Origin: Octopus sinensis | Lineage: Eukaryota | Assembly (NCBI RefSeq): GCF_006345805.1 | Contig: NC_043005.1 | Coordinates: 57,040,001 to 57,104,000 of the forward strand | DNA length: 64,000 nucleotides | Direction of reading: 5' to 3' | Shown here: piece after piece, positions 25,920-39,789 of the stretch | Position numbering within the stretch: the stretch's first letter is position 1 | How the letters are laid out: each line of letters opens with the position of its first letter | Program-made: the position numbers and the translations under genes | Notes under the pieces: model-generated | Databases searched by the model: none | Told to the model about the DNA's origin: nothing | What the model saw: the letters and a program-made list of their open reading frames with translations, nothing else

Positions 25920-26368
25920 CCAGTTCAGATGTTGGTTATTCAGTGGATTAAATGACTGAAACCTCATCATTGAATGACAGTGATCCACTGTGTAGTCTTC
26001 AGAGAAATTTGTCACGTATATATGTGTGTTTTTTCTTGTCTCCTTGCCTTGACATCGATTACTAATTGTAATCAAACTTTACCATCATACATGTGATATC
26101 ATTTGTTTGCAATCGTCAGTGAAAACTTGTCTGGCCATCATGCTGTTTGTGTTTGAAGGACTACAGGGAGATAAAAAAAAAAAGCCCAGTTGTGGATAAT
26201 AAGTTTTGTAGGTCTATTATCTTTATGTTCTACTAATAAAAGTATCTGGATCCAAATAAACTACATTGCTAACAGTTTTGTTTCAACCAAATTGCTTTCT
26301 TTAAAAGTACAAATAAATCAAAAATAATAACAGCTTTTTTTCTTTTCTTCTGCTTTTTTTTTTTACAG

Positions 26369-26469
26369 ATTTGCCCAAAATTTGCCGGCATTTTACTTCA
26401 CCAAATGGCTGTCGATACGGAAGCAATTGTGCATTCCTACATCCTGGTATTGATGGCCCACCATTATAG
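26369..26469 (+). CDS. PPP1R10: PNUTS/PPP1R10 last coding exon, CCCH zinc finger
   Basis: T-rich ttacag acceptor; [33 protein letters not shown] = C-x8-C-x5-C-x3-H plus the HPG..GPPL end typical of PNUTS; TAG at 26467-26469. Confidence 0.96.
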
Positions 26470-28764
26470 CAAGAAGCGAGCTTTCAGAGAACCATGTCTC
26501 ATTTTTTTTTTTGAGGGTCAGGGTGGGGATGGGTGGGTTATGGGGTTGTTCCTATGCCTGTACATAAGATACTGCATTTCATCCTGCCATCATGTGGTGT
26601 GTGTTTGTGTGTGTGAAGGGCATCCCTTACATTGTGGGTTGGTGGGGTGGTCTTATTTTTTTTTTTTTAGTTTTTTTTTCATTATCATCATTCATCTTTC
26701 TAAATTCACCCTATCCTGAATCCCCATGTGTGTACAAACTGGACCTGTCTGAGACAAGGGCAATTCAACAACCTTCACACACGCACGCACGCACGCACAC
26801 ACATACATACACACATATACACACATACACACACTCTCTCTCTCTCTCTGTGTCTTTCTTGCTCTCTTCTCTCCCACTCATTCTCTCTCCCTTCTTTCTG
26901 TCTCGTCTCATGAGGAACTTGATAAGTAAAAGGAAAAAAAAAAAATAACAAAAACAAAAAGAATCAAAGAAAAAAGTATGAAAGAAAGGAAAAGAGAGAA
27001 AAAAGTTTTGTACAATACAAATGATTTACTTCAGTTTGTTCTGTTGTTTTTTGTTTTTTTTTTATATTTTTTAAAAACTGTTTTTAAATGTGCTTGTGGA
27101 AAATGCAGAAATTTGTGTGTATGAACAAACCAACCAAACAACTAACCTATATCAGTTGGAAAGAGGGATTGGCTCTGTTTAGGTTTATTGTTGTTGTTTA
27201 ACTCCAGTTCAACTCAGAACAAATCTATAATCACCCATTATATTAAGATAGTAGGGTGTGATTTGAGGGAAGTTTTGGCTGCTATCTCTAACAGGTCGAG
27301 TGACTGCATAGAGGCTTTTCAATGGCTTCTTGCAGTGATAGCGGTTGTAGTAGAAGGTAATGACAGTACTAGTATGATGTTAATTACTCCATTAACATTC
27401 AGATTATTCTGTCAAATGTGATGCTTATGTATTCACATTGTTTTGAATTAATCATGCATTATATGAAAGCTTCAAAATTTTGATGATGTGATTGTATATT
27501 TCTAGAATAACACCATTCGAGTGTGATTGTTACCAGCATTGCCTTACTGGCACTTGAGCCCTGTGCTAGTAGGTTGCTAAGAGCACCATCCGAGTGTGAT
27601 CGTTGCCAGAGCGGCTAACTGGCTTCTGTGCTGATGGCACGTAAAAGGCACCATTCGAGCGTGATCGTTACCAGCATCGCCTTACTGGCATGTGTAAAAA
27701 GATTCGAGTGAGGTCGTTGCCAGTACCGTCTGACTGGGCCCTGTGCCAGTGGTATATAAAAGCACCCACTACACTCCCGGAGTGGTTGGCATTAGGAAGG
27801 GCATTCAGCTGTAGAAACTCTACCAGATCAAGATTGGAGCCTGGTGCGGCCATCTGGTTCGCCTGTCCTCAGTCAAAATCGTCCAACTCATGCTAGCATG
27901 GAAAGCGGACGTTAAACGATGATAATAATAATGATGATGATTGTAGGGTAGGTGTAAGAGGCAAGATCTGGACAGTTTGAGCATAAATCAAGTAAAATGT
28001 TTGAGCTGGATATGGCCAGTTTAAATGCTAAAGGTTTAACACTTACCATGGATCTGTAGAAATATGTGCAGGCTGGAGCAAGATTTTTTATTTTTTTGTG
28101 CAGATCATTATTTGGTTATGTGTATCTCCTCTCTTTACACTACCAGTGTTTATTGAAGGGAAAAATTATTTGATTTGGGCCAACATGGTTTAGCACTAGT
28201 GTCATTGTGGGTGTTACTGTTGCAATGCATCGCTGGAAATAGGCGCTGCATAGGATCTTATCTGTCCTTCCCCAACAATCAGTCCTCTAATCCATCTCCA
28301 TGTTTTGATATTTATTTTGTTTGTTAACCTTAAACAGAAAGAAACCCATTGTATATAGGTACATGTATATGTATGTGTGTGTTTATATGTTTGTCGCTTG
28401 ACAACTAATGTTGGTGTGTTTATGTCCGCGTATCATAGTGGTTTGGCAAAAGAAGAATGATAGAATAAGTACTATGCTTACAAAAATAAGTCCTGGGATC
28501 AATTTGCTCAACTAAAGGGGGTGACTGAAACAAGTAAAAGAATACATATAATCATATATATATATATGTGTGTATATTCAAAGGAATTCCAACTCTGTTT
28601 TTTATGTTTTATTTATATTCTTTATAATATTAATGTAGAATATATAGAATATATAGTAAAATGAAATGAAATATAGTAATATGAAATAAAACATAAAAAA
28701 CAGAGTTGGAATTCCTTTGAATAATATATATCCCCTTTACACAATCATACAAGCCCTTTATAAA

Positions 28765-29315
28765 TATATATATATATGTGAGCATATACATATGTGAGCA
28801 TATATATATGTGAGCATATATATATGTATGTATATGTATATATATATATATATATGTATGTGTATATGTATGTATATATGTATATGTATGTATATATGTA
28901 TATGTATGTATGTATATATGTATATGTATGTATGTATATATGTATATGTATGTATGTATATATGTATATGTATGTATGTATATATATATAGGTATATATG
29001 TATGTATAAATAGGTATATATATATAGGTATATATATATACATATATGTATATATATGTATATATATACATATATATATGTATATATATAGGTATATATT
29101 ATATAGGTATATATTATATATGTATATATTATATAGGTATATATTATATATGTATATATATATATAGGTATATATTATATAGGTATATATTATATATGTA
29201 TATATATATATAGGTATATATTATATAGGTATATATTATATATGTATATATATATATAGGTATATATTATATAGGTATATATTATATATGTATATATATA
29301 TATAGGTATATATTA

Positions 29316-29377
<62 letters not shown>

Positions 29378-29731
29378 TATATATTATATAGGTATATATT
29401 ATATATATATTATATAGGTATATATTATATAGGTATATATTATATAGGTATATATATATATATAGGTATATATGTATATATATAGGTATATATATATATA
29501 TATAGGTATACATTATATACGTATATATGTATATATATAGGTATACATTATATACGTATATATGTATATATATAGGTATATATATATATATATAGGTATA
29601 TATATAGGTATATATATATATAGGTATATATATAGGTATACATTATATACGTATATATATATATATACATATATAAACATATATTATGTAGGTATATACT
29701 ACATATGTATATATACATACATATATATATA
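28765..29731. repeat. Complex (TA)/(TATG)/(TATAGG) microsatellite
   Basis: Directly visible low-complexity tract. Confidence 0.95.
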
Positions 29732-30122
29732 TCTTTATATATAAAAGTGAGGTTGTGTGCTGTCTGTCTCCTACGATTTAGATTCCTAACTACTCCCACA
29801 TTTTGCGGTGTAGTTTAACCAAAACCGGGTATCTTATAGTCGTGATTCATATCGAGCCCTTCTGGGTATTAGCGCGCGTCTACGATGAGCCTACGATTTT
29901 AAAAATAATTTACCATCAATTTTTCCCATTTTTAATGCATTTTTGGCATATATAAGGGAAGTAACTCTAAAAATCTATTAAATCTCAGAACGTAAAAGGC
30001 TACAGTAACACCTCCCCTTTGTGGTTAGCCATATTGAAATGGCTATTATACTTTACATCTCTAAAAATGCTTATATAGTTATTTCCCTTATAAACCCGAG
30101 CAACGCCCGGCGATACTGCTAG
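29732..30122 (+). mobile_element. Non-autonomous Helitron
   Basis: 5' TC(tttatatataaaag), subterminal GC-rich imperfect hairpin cccgagcaacgcccgg, 3' CTAG, inserted between A and T. Confidence 0.75.
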
Positions 30123-30148
30123 TATATATATATATACATATACGTTTA

Positions 30149-30180
<32 letters not shown>

Positions 30181-30224
30181 CGTGTGTATATACATTTATA
30201 TATGTATATATACGTTTATATATC

Positions 30225-30920
30225 GTCACTTCATCCTTCGTGGATATCCTCTCACCACTATTCACACTGCCGTTACCAGCGCACGTTCCGTGGACCGTGC
30301 ATCTACTCCCTCGCTCCATCTCCTGTTTCCCCTCACCTACCACCCCACCACCCTACCTCTCCAACGCAACATTTTCCGAGCCTTCCGGCGACTCCAGTCC
30401 GACTTCTCTACTTTGCACATCTTTTCTAACTGACCCCTCCCCTCCTTCAATCGAGTCCACAACCGACGAGACCTCTTGGTCCACAGCTTCTTGCCTAGAC
30501 CAACCTCCCAATCCAGCTCGTTCCCTTCTCCCTCTCACGCTGCCGCACTTGCCCTTACTTCTCCAACACCACCCTCCTCACCGGCACTCCTCATCGATGC
30601 TATCATATCACCGACTCCTTCACTTGCATTCGTAGCAATGTCATCTAATGCATCTCCTGCTCTCTCTGCCCTTCTCTATACATCGGGCAAACGGAACACT
30701 GCTTGGCCAATCGGTTCGCGGAACACCCCCGAAACATCCAACACGGCAGTGACACCCCGGTCTCACGCCATTTCCGCTCTACTGCTCACTCTTTGCAACA
30801 CCTGTCTGTGTTCGGGCTGTCCTTGCACAGGGGCCATCCGGACTCTCGTCTTCGCCATGAACAGGGATTAATCTTCTCTCTTCGCTACTTTGCACCACAT
30901 GGGCTCAACTTTCCTCCCCT
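30225..30920 (+). mobile_element. Penelope-like element (PLE): RT thumb to GIY-YIG endonuclease, defective
   Basis: F.LRGYP motif then FTCIRSNVI*CISCSLCPSLYIGQT...LANRFAEH...PVSRHF; starts right after a (TA)n tract; related fragment at about 4464-4620. Confidence 0.88.
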
Positions 30921-31364
30921 CTCCTTTCTTCCTCTCACACGTACTTCCTCCCTCCCACCTCTCTCCTCTCTTGATCCGACTCCTCTTCACTCCTACCCTC
31001 CTTCTCCCTTCTCGTCACTCCTACCCACCGCCCTTCCCCCTCTCCCTTGATCATCACCCCTCCCTCGTAACTCCATCCTACACAATCCAACCTTACTTTT
31101 CCTATTCATCCCACCCCACCCCACCCCATCCATTACACCCACTCTCACATGCCCCACCTCTACCCCACCCTGAGTCTAACCCACACCCCACCTTTGCTTT
31201 CCCTATAATCGCCTCCCCCACATCCCAACACCACCATACCACACAAGATCACATCACACCACCACGCACACACTATCACTGACCACTTCCCAGCACCCAC
31301 ACCATCATCCACACACCTACACATGCACACACCTACACATGCACACACGCACACGTTAAGGACA

Positions 31365-31399
<35 letters not shown>

Positions 31400-31404
31400 T
31401 TCTT

Positions 31405-32222
31405 AATTTGAACGGAGGCAATGCAAGCGGAAACTAGAGGAACATAATTAAGAGCCACACTCGAAGATCCAATCGATACATATATTCATATATTCTTCCA
31501 CATTTACAAATTCTAGATATAAAGATATAAAAATATATATAAATAGATATAAGTCGGTGTTATACACAAAACATAGTGAATTTACATTTTAAAAGTTGAG
31601 TTCCATCTTCGGATCATTTCAGAGACGTGCCCATATCAAAACTGACACTCCCCCCATCAAGATGTTTTTACACACACTAAACAAAAACAAATACAAAGAT
31701 ACTCATATACAATTACATACCAGACATTTGTAATCCAAATTACATATGTAATCCAATTACAAACCAGCCATTCGTAATTACAAATGGCTGGTATGTAATT
31801 GTATATTAATGTTTTTGTATAGTGTGTAAAAAACATCTTGCTGAGAGGAGAGTTAATTTTGATAATATGAAATATATCATATTACTTGGCACGTCTCTGA
31901 AACGGCCCCTAGATGGAACTCTAAATTTTAAAATTTTGCTGTTATTTTTCGGAGTTTTTTTTAATACGTTCTTTTAATGTTTCATCATCCCAAATTTTTA
32001 TTATACCAATATTTTATAACTTTTAAAGTGTAAATTCTTTGTGTTTTATGTAATAACACCGACTTATATCTATTTATATCTATTTTTATATCTTTATATC
32101 TAGAATCTATACATCCGTTTTGTAAATGTGGAAGAATATATGAATATATGTATCAATTTGATCTTCGAGTGTGGATCTTAATTATGCTCCTCTAGTTTCC
32201 TCTTGCATTTCCTCCATTCAGA
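31405..32222. repeat. Large diverged inverted repeat (about 330-450 bp arms)
   Basis: Blocks such as atacatatattcatatattcttccacatttacaaa are reverse-complemented at 32120-32153; indels between arms. Confidence 0.85.
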
Positions 32223-32405
32223 TGATTAAACGAAATATAGCTCACTTGGAGCACTACAACTCCTGTCTGTATTTTTTGCGAGTATTGTTAATACTAGCAG
32301 TCTCAAAATAAAGCTGTGTATTATATATATATATGCACACACACATACATACGTATATATACAATTACATATATGTATGTATATATATATATATACATAT
32401 ACACA

Positions 32406-32441
<36 letters not shown>

Positions 32442-32469
32442 CATACTCGATAACGAGGGGGCAGCCACC

Positions 32470-32569
<100 letters not shown>

Positions 32570-33350
32570 TGGCTGCCCCCTCGTTATCGAGTATGGCCAT
32601 TGCACGAAGCTTAATCAATGTTGTTATCGTGCAATGCCTGTGCAAGGAGTTTTTTTAAAGTGAGGAAAGGCTGTGCACTGAGTCAATCCCACTCACTAAG
32701 CAACAGCAGCCATAATCCTAGAAGAAGAACGAGTCAACATCATCGGTAACCACTGAGCCGCAGGTTTTATGTCGGAGTTATTCCAGTTACCTGAGTTACC
32801 TTCTCCTAGAAGGATGCCCTAACAAAGGCTAGGAGTCCTTCACTCCCAAGTGTTTAACCGCGCGATCGGGTATTCAGTCCGATTATTTCTATGTCCCCGC
32901 GCATGAAACAGCCATAATACATTTATTGGATGGCCGTTGACTCTCAAGACTTCCCCCGCCCTTTGACGGGTTTTGTTTTCCATCCCGCAGGGTGTCCAAT
33001 AATCACCCTCCGCACCAAGCAAGCTTGGTGGGGTTGCCGGTTTAGTCGCCGACGACCCGACCATATATATATATATATATATACATACATATACGTACAT
33101 ATATAAACATATATTCATATACATATATGTATATATGTTTCTATATATGTATGTATGTATATATGTATTTGTATGTATATATATATATGTATATATGTAT
33201 TTGTATGTATATGTATTGTATATATGTATTTGTATGTATATGTATTGTATATATGTATTTGTATGTATATATATGTATGTATATATATATATGTATATGT
33301 GTGTATATATGTGTGTATATATATATATGTATGTGTGTATATATGTGTAT

Positions 33351-33412
<62 letters not shown>

Positions 33413-34589
33413 CATACAAATACATATATACATACATACATATATAGAAACATACATACATATATGTATATGAATATATGTTTATATATGTACGTATATG
33501 TATGTATATATATATGGTCGGGTCGTCGGCGACTAAACCGGCAACCCCACCAAGCTTGTATACAAAATCAAGGACGGAGAAAAAAAACGGAGAAATGGTA
33601 CACAAATACAAATGCAAACAACAGGACATTAACAATAGATGTCTTTCGACTAAGGACGAATTAAATTAAGCTGGCGTGTGTGGAAATGATGCCTTACATC
33701 ATGGACATAAGAGATGACAGGAACGGAATGGAAAGGAATATAGATGTTGCACGGATGACATATATATATGTGTGTGTGTGTGCGTGTATAATATATACAC
33801 ATTTCGTTTTGGGATTTGGTTTGCAAGATTCTTTATATAAGTTCGCGTGTTGAAACATATTCTGTTGTGTCTGGGGAGAGTCATTTTCTTTTTGTGCCTT
33901 ATAATGTAAGACACCGGTAAAATTTCCACTTATTTTTAATTTTTATTTTTATAAAATAAATAAGTGGAAATTTTACCGGTGAGTGTGTTAAATTATAAGG
34001 CAAAAAAAAATGACTCACCCCAGACACAACAGTATATATATATATATATAGACAAACATATACATGCATGCATATATTTATATATGTGTGTGTATGTGCA
34101 TTGCGCGCGTGTTTGAGTGTGTGTGTATAACCATATATATATATTATATATGTGTGTGTTATATATATTATATATATGGTTATACACACACACCCAAACG
34201 CGCGCGCAATGCACATATATATATATATATATATGGTTATACACACACACCCAACATATAAATATATATATATATGGTTATACACACACACACCCAAACG
34301 CGGGTTATACACACACACCCAAACGCGCGCGCAATGCACATACACACACATATATAAATATATGCATGCATGTATATGTTTGTCTATTTTCCCAGTGTTG
34401 CTCATGCTAATTATCCCATTGATGGGATCCTAAGAGATGTTACCACTCCGGGTCAAAATACACATGGGAACAATATTAGATAAGAAGTGGTTCCATACTC
34501 CTCACGACCTTAGAACTCGCGAAGCAGAGCCCACTACTGAATGCAGTTTAAAACCGTACTCAATACTGGGCGTGGAAGGACTCTTTGTT

Positions 34590-34806
34590 CTAGTTAGAAC
34601 TTCTAGGAGCATTGCAGAACGAATAAATGAACATCTGAGACAATATGACGACAAAAAAACAGTCCTCCATACCAACGTGCCACAATGGAGGCAACTTGGG
34701 TCAAGTTGACATCCGCATCTTATCCAAGCACCCAGAAGACCCAACACTCAGACAAATACGGGAGTACGTCCTAATAAATGAAACCTCCCCAATACTAAAT
34801 AGGAAA
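34590..34806 (+). mobile_element. PLE GIY-YIG C-terminal fragment
   Basis: TSRSIAERINEH...LRQIREYVLINETSPILNRK; same family as 62400-62735; cut by the pogo-like element. Confidence 0.75.
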
Positions 34807-34808
34807 TA

Positions 34809-35654
34809 CAGTCAACTCTCGCTACTATGTCACCCTGCGGGACTGAGCCAAAATAGCATAGTACCGAGGGTCTGTTATCTAAACACTACATAACTAAAAA
34901 TTTACTGAACATACGAATAAAAATTCATAGGGTAGGAAGTAAGGCCAATAAGAAGTTCAATGCAATGGTAAAAAGAAGACATCCAAGTTTATTAAGTTCA
35001 GATTGCTTTTAGTTAATCCCGAAGCTCTCAAAAATTGTCGGCTGACGCACCTTCTTTCGGCGGATTTCATTTATTTCGTTGTCTAGCCTATCACACGCCT
35101 GCATGACACTGGGTTTTCCGCTGCTCTGCTGCTGCATAAACTTTCGGATAGTGCTCCATGCTCTCTGGGCGTCTGCAAACGAAACGTATTCCTCTTCCAC
35201 AATTACCTCGTCGTCTTCACTTTCCACCGGCTCTTCGTTATGCTTTACCTCCTTTGCTATTTCTTCTAGAGTGAAACATGTCGGACAATACAAGGGGCGG
35301 TAACTTATATCAGATATTACTAAGATACGAGGGGCCCGACAATAACGTTTTTCGCAGCATCGATAATCTCCTTCTTTTCCTTCAGCGAAAACTCAGTCCG
35401 CTTGCGTTTCTGAGCTGACATTGTGTGCTACTTTCTGAACTTTTCCACAAGATTACAAATACGAAATGTACAAAATGTAGGAGTACAAAATTTCGAAAAG
35501 TTGCGTGCGCTTCAGTTTACAAGTGGCGTAGTAGCGAGAGTTGAGGGTGACATAGTAAAAATTTTTTGTTTATTATTTGGACGGGACCGCGCAAAACTGG
35601 CATAGTAGCGAGAGTGGCATAGTAGCGAGGTAGCATAGTAGCGAGAGTTGACTG
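34809..35654 (-). mobile_element. Internally deleted pogo/Tigger-like DNA transposon
   Basis: TIRs cagtcaactctcgctactatg / catagtagcgagagttgactg with TA flanks; minus strand keeps an HTH-psq-like start (MSAQKRKRTEFSLKEKKEIIDAA) and an acidic CENP-B-like C-terminus; DDE domain missing. Confidence 0.88.
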
Positions 35655-35949
35655 TATACATAGTAGATATCATACTTCCATACCCACAGTTTACACAGGT
35701 AGAGTAGAATAGTTAGTGGACTGTTATGTAGATAGATGTATGTATGTGTGTGTGTATGCACATGTACTTTTTTTGTATGTAAGCATACAGGAGTGGCTGT
35801 GTGGTAAGTAGCTTGCTAACCAACCACATGGTTCCGGGTTCACTCCCACTGCGTGGCTTCTTGGGCAAGTGTCTGCTATAGCCCCGGGCCAACCAATGCC
35901 TTGTGAGTGGATTTGGTAGACGGAAACTAAAAGAAGCCTGTCGTATATT

Positions 35950-36686
35950 GTGGACAACAACATAAGCTGGGCCACTCATATAAACACCAAAGTTGACATG
36001 GCCCGCAGAATGTTCTTGGATTCTCAGAACTTTCCAGTCGAGAGATATCCACACCATTATCCTTCTCTTCTCCACTTTTGCCCGACCCCACCTTGAATAC
36101 TGTTGTCCACTGTGGTCTCCCCACACAATACAAAGTATCATAAAAGTTGAAGCACCTCAAAGAGCAATCACAAAAAAGATAGATGGCATGACAGGCCTCG
36201 ACTATTGGGGTCGACTAGAAAAGCTAAAACTTTATTCTCTCCAACGTCGTCGTGAGCGCTACATCATCTGTATGATGTGGAAAATATTCCATCAGCATTG
36301 CCCAAATGATGTTGGCATCACCTTTAAGGTACATCCAAGGCTTGGGCACCGTGCCATCCGCCCAAAACAAAAATCGCACTCTCATCTCATAACAACAATA
36401 CGGCACAATTATTTCACCTCAATTGGCCCCGCTCTCTTTAACATTACACCAAAACACATTAAAACAGAAACTGACCCTATAGGGTTCAAGAAGTCTTTGG
36501 ACAGATTCCTTCAAGAAATCCCGGATAAACGCCCTACACCCGGATATGTCTCTGTAAACAATAACTCTCTACTTGAGTGGGCCATAGTGCCCAAATTCTG
36601 ACTTGAAAGACTTCACCAGGTAGTGCTATTAAGTTAGACATGGCCTGGGCCAGTAATGGCCGAAACCTATCAAAGTATCAAAGTAT
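35950..36686 (+). mobile_element. CR1-like LINE 3' end, intact 202-aa frame
   Basis: RPHLEYCCPLWSP...LKLYSLQRRRER motifs; tandem tatcaaag tail; interrupts a SINE. Confidence 0.9.
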
Positions 36687-37549
36687 ATATGTATATATAT
36701 ATATATATGCGTGTTTGTGTGTCTGTGTTTGTCCCTCTAGCATTGCTTGACAACCGATGCTGGTGTGTTTATGTCCCCGTAACTTAGCGGTTCGGCAAAA
36801 GAGACCAATAGAATAAGTACTGGGCTTACAAGAATAAGTCCGGGGTCGATTTGCTCGACTAAAGGCGGTGCTCCAGCATGGCCGCAGTCAAATGACTGAA
36901 ACAAGTAAAAGAGTAATATGGATATGAAAATAAACAGATCAACATATAGACAGATAGGTACATAGGTTATAAGAACAGACAAGCACACATACGCAAATGG
37001 AGACTGAAACACATGACCATACACACGCACACACACACTTTACTCCAGACAAGGACACATATGGAGTCACGGATCCACACATAGAGATGCACATCCATAC
37101 ATACAAACATGGTACATAGTTGCATAACACACACAAGGAACCAGAGGTGCATACATACACAAACACGCTCACGCACACACATACACAGAAAATACACAAA
37201 CACGGACATGCAAGCACATGAATATGCAGGATACATACATACAGATGCACACACATACATACATATATACATATGCATACACACACATATATACATACAT
37301 ACACACACATACATACATGCATGCATAGGCACACACACACACACACACTGACCCACACACATGCGCACAAACAAACAAAAAGGAACGCAGTGTAAATAAC
37401 GGACGGAGTCAAGACTATTGAACGAAATTTTAGGAAAATAAAAATAAGAAATAAGTGGAAATTTTACCGGTGCGTGTGTTACATTATAAGGCACAAAAAG
37501 AAAATGACTCTCCCCAGACACAACAGAATATACACACATATTTTATAAG

Positions 37550-37580
<31 letters not shown>

Positions 37581-38111
37581 TATTTTATACGTATATATGT
37601 GATATATACACATATATATTATATACATACATACGTGTATATATATATATACGTATACGAGCAAAACGCCCCCACCGTCCAATGGACGGTGCTGAGTTGT
37701 CAAACATTTAAACCAAATTTTCTCAAAACAACTTGTCCGACCGTCCCATAGGCCTCCCCTTTGAGAAACACTGATTTAACCTAAATTTGAGACACCAGCA
37801 AAAGAAGCAATAAAGATAGACTTTTTTCTATTCCAAAGAAAAACGATTTTATTCACACAAATATGCAACCGAAGAGTTTAAAGTACCAGTAATGATAAGG
37901 CTGTTGACTGGGAGAACACAAACATTGTTTAAACAGTAAGTTTGGCAGGAAAGAAACGTGCCTTTAAGCAGTACAAAAACAAACAAAAAAATGGAAGGTG
38001 CAGTTACGTACAGGCTGACGGAAGAATAGCAGGACAAAAACGATGCATGCAAATGGGTTAGCTGGATGTAAATCTAGATGGAAAAGCATGATGAATTTAT
38101 GAGAACGTACC

Positions 38112-38625
38112 TGGGATATTTTCCTTTTGAACGGCAGTTTTCAACACAATTTCTAGTTAACTAAACACTTTTAAACTTCGTATACTGGTAGAATGTGTTT
38201 ATAAAACATCGTTTTTTCTTGACTTTATTGAGAAAATTCTATAGTTTGTAAGATATTTCCACTTTAAAATCGAGCATTTCGGAAATTTTAACCAATCGCT
38301 GGAGTCCATTTGGGGTGAAAGCATTCGTGCTGTATGAATATGTCCCTCCTTTAAGAAACAGATGGGGTTTATTTACATTTGCGAAGAAAAAAATATACCC
38401 TTCCCCCACCCATAACCCTAACCCCACCCCTAACTCTAACCCTAAAACAGATTGAAATGCAATAGATCGATACTAGGGTTATAATTATGGGTGACATTTT
38501 CATTTGAAAACGCTAGAAAAAAAATCCAATTTTCCGTAGCGGTGTCGTATGAAATTGTCACCCATAATTATAACCTTTGTATCGATCTATTGCATTTCAA
38601 TGTTTTAGGGTTAGGGTTAGTTAGA
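38112..38625. mobile_element. Partial copy related to the 25537 MITE, with internal CCCTAA/TTAGGG units and a local inverted duplication
   Basis: Shares taactaaacactttaaacttcg...tagaatgtg with 25580-25620; about 38430-38515 is inverted at 38537-38620. Confidence 0.65.
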
Positions 38626-39176
38626 GTTTCCCGGTTTCTGTGGCGTATGTGTTCTTAACTAATTTTAAACTATCTTACTTTACGGGATGTTCAAGGGCAT
38701 GAAAAAGCTAATGGAGCGCACAAATGCACGTTCCCACGGCTTTATCGATCGCATTCTCACCTGGAATCGATTTTTGTAATTTTTTCAAGACTTATATACC
38801 GTCGATATCTACATATCAAATTTGAGCGCAATCGGATGGAGGATGCCCGAGATCCCAGAAGACACACAAGCAGACAGACAGAACGGATTTTATATAATAG
38901 ATATTATATGCTTATATATACATATTTATTTATGCGCCCTTTTCAAGCCTAGCCAGGCTCATGGGCCCGGTTTCCCGGTTTCTGTGGCGTATGTGTTCTT
39001 TTTGTGCTTTACAATGTAACACACTCACCGGTAAAATTTCCACTTATTTCATATTTTTATTCTCTTAAAATTCTCGTTGCGTCTTGCAACCTTTTCAATA
39101 TGCGTCTTGCAGCCTTTTCAATAGTCTTGACTATTGAAAAGGTTGCAAGACGCATATTGAAAAGGTTGCAAGATGC

Positions 39177-39214
39177 ATATTGAAAAGGTTGCAAGACGCA
39201 ACGAAAATTTTAGG
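39177..39214 (+). ncRNA. Minimal hammerhead variant with U3-A8 core
   Basis: (c)UA / UUGAAAA-g / GUUGC-aagac-GCAAC / GAA / palindromic AAUU / U17 / UAG; stem I very short. Confidence 0.5.
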
Positions 39215-39359
39215 AGAATAAAAATATGAAATAAGTGGAAATTTTACCGGTGAGTGTGTTACATTGTAAGGCACAAAAAGAAAATGACTCTCCCCAGACA
39301 ACAGAATATGCTTCAACATACGAACTCATATAAAGAATCTTGCAAACCACATCCAAAAA

Positions 39360-39411
<52 letters not shown>

Positions 39412-39440
39412 GAATGGAGTTGAACGACGAATTAACAAAA

Positions 39441-39539
39441 TTCCTTTATTTTCGACATATGTTTCGAAAGCTGCATATTCCTAATTGCGAAGGAATAAGG
39501 AGTATATTATGCCGCTTTCTCATCAGGAAAAGCAAGGAA
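39441..39539 (-). ncRNA. Type I hammerhead ribozyme, canonical core
   Basis: Minus strand: UUCCUU-gc-UUUUC / CUGAUGA / stem II GAAAGC.GCAUA...UAUGC.GCUUUC / GAA / palindromic ACAUAUGU / C17 / GAAAA-ua-AAGGAA; all core nucleotides and three stems present. Confidence 0.85.
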
Positions 39540-39607
39540 CTTATGTCAACATCAAGATGCACAAAAAACTTTTAGATGACTGCTCACACGGAGCCCATAG
39601 CGATATA

Positions 39608-39658
<51 letters not shown>

Positions 39659-39789
39659 GTGCGTGTATATACATACATATATACGTGTATTTTTTGTAGT
39701 TTCAGCTCAGAGCTGTGGCCATGATGGAGCACCGCCGTTTTGCTACACTGTTATTACTGAGATCCTCCTCTAATATGTGGCACTTGGTG

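Noticed and set aside
27511-27740. Repeated ~40 bp units (caccattcgagtgtgat.gttaccagc...) with variable spacers, superficially CRISPR-like
   Set aside because: Degenerate internal tandem units of a SINE-like repeat in a eukaryotic genome; spacers are related to each other; no cas genes.
38413-38625. CCCTAA/TTAGGG units suggesting a telomere or fusion site
   Set aside because: Only a few degenerate units inside a transposon-like repeat.
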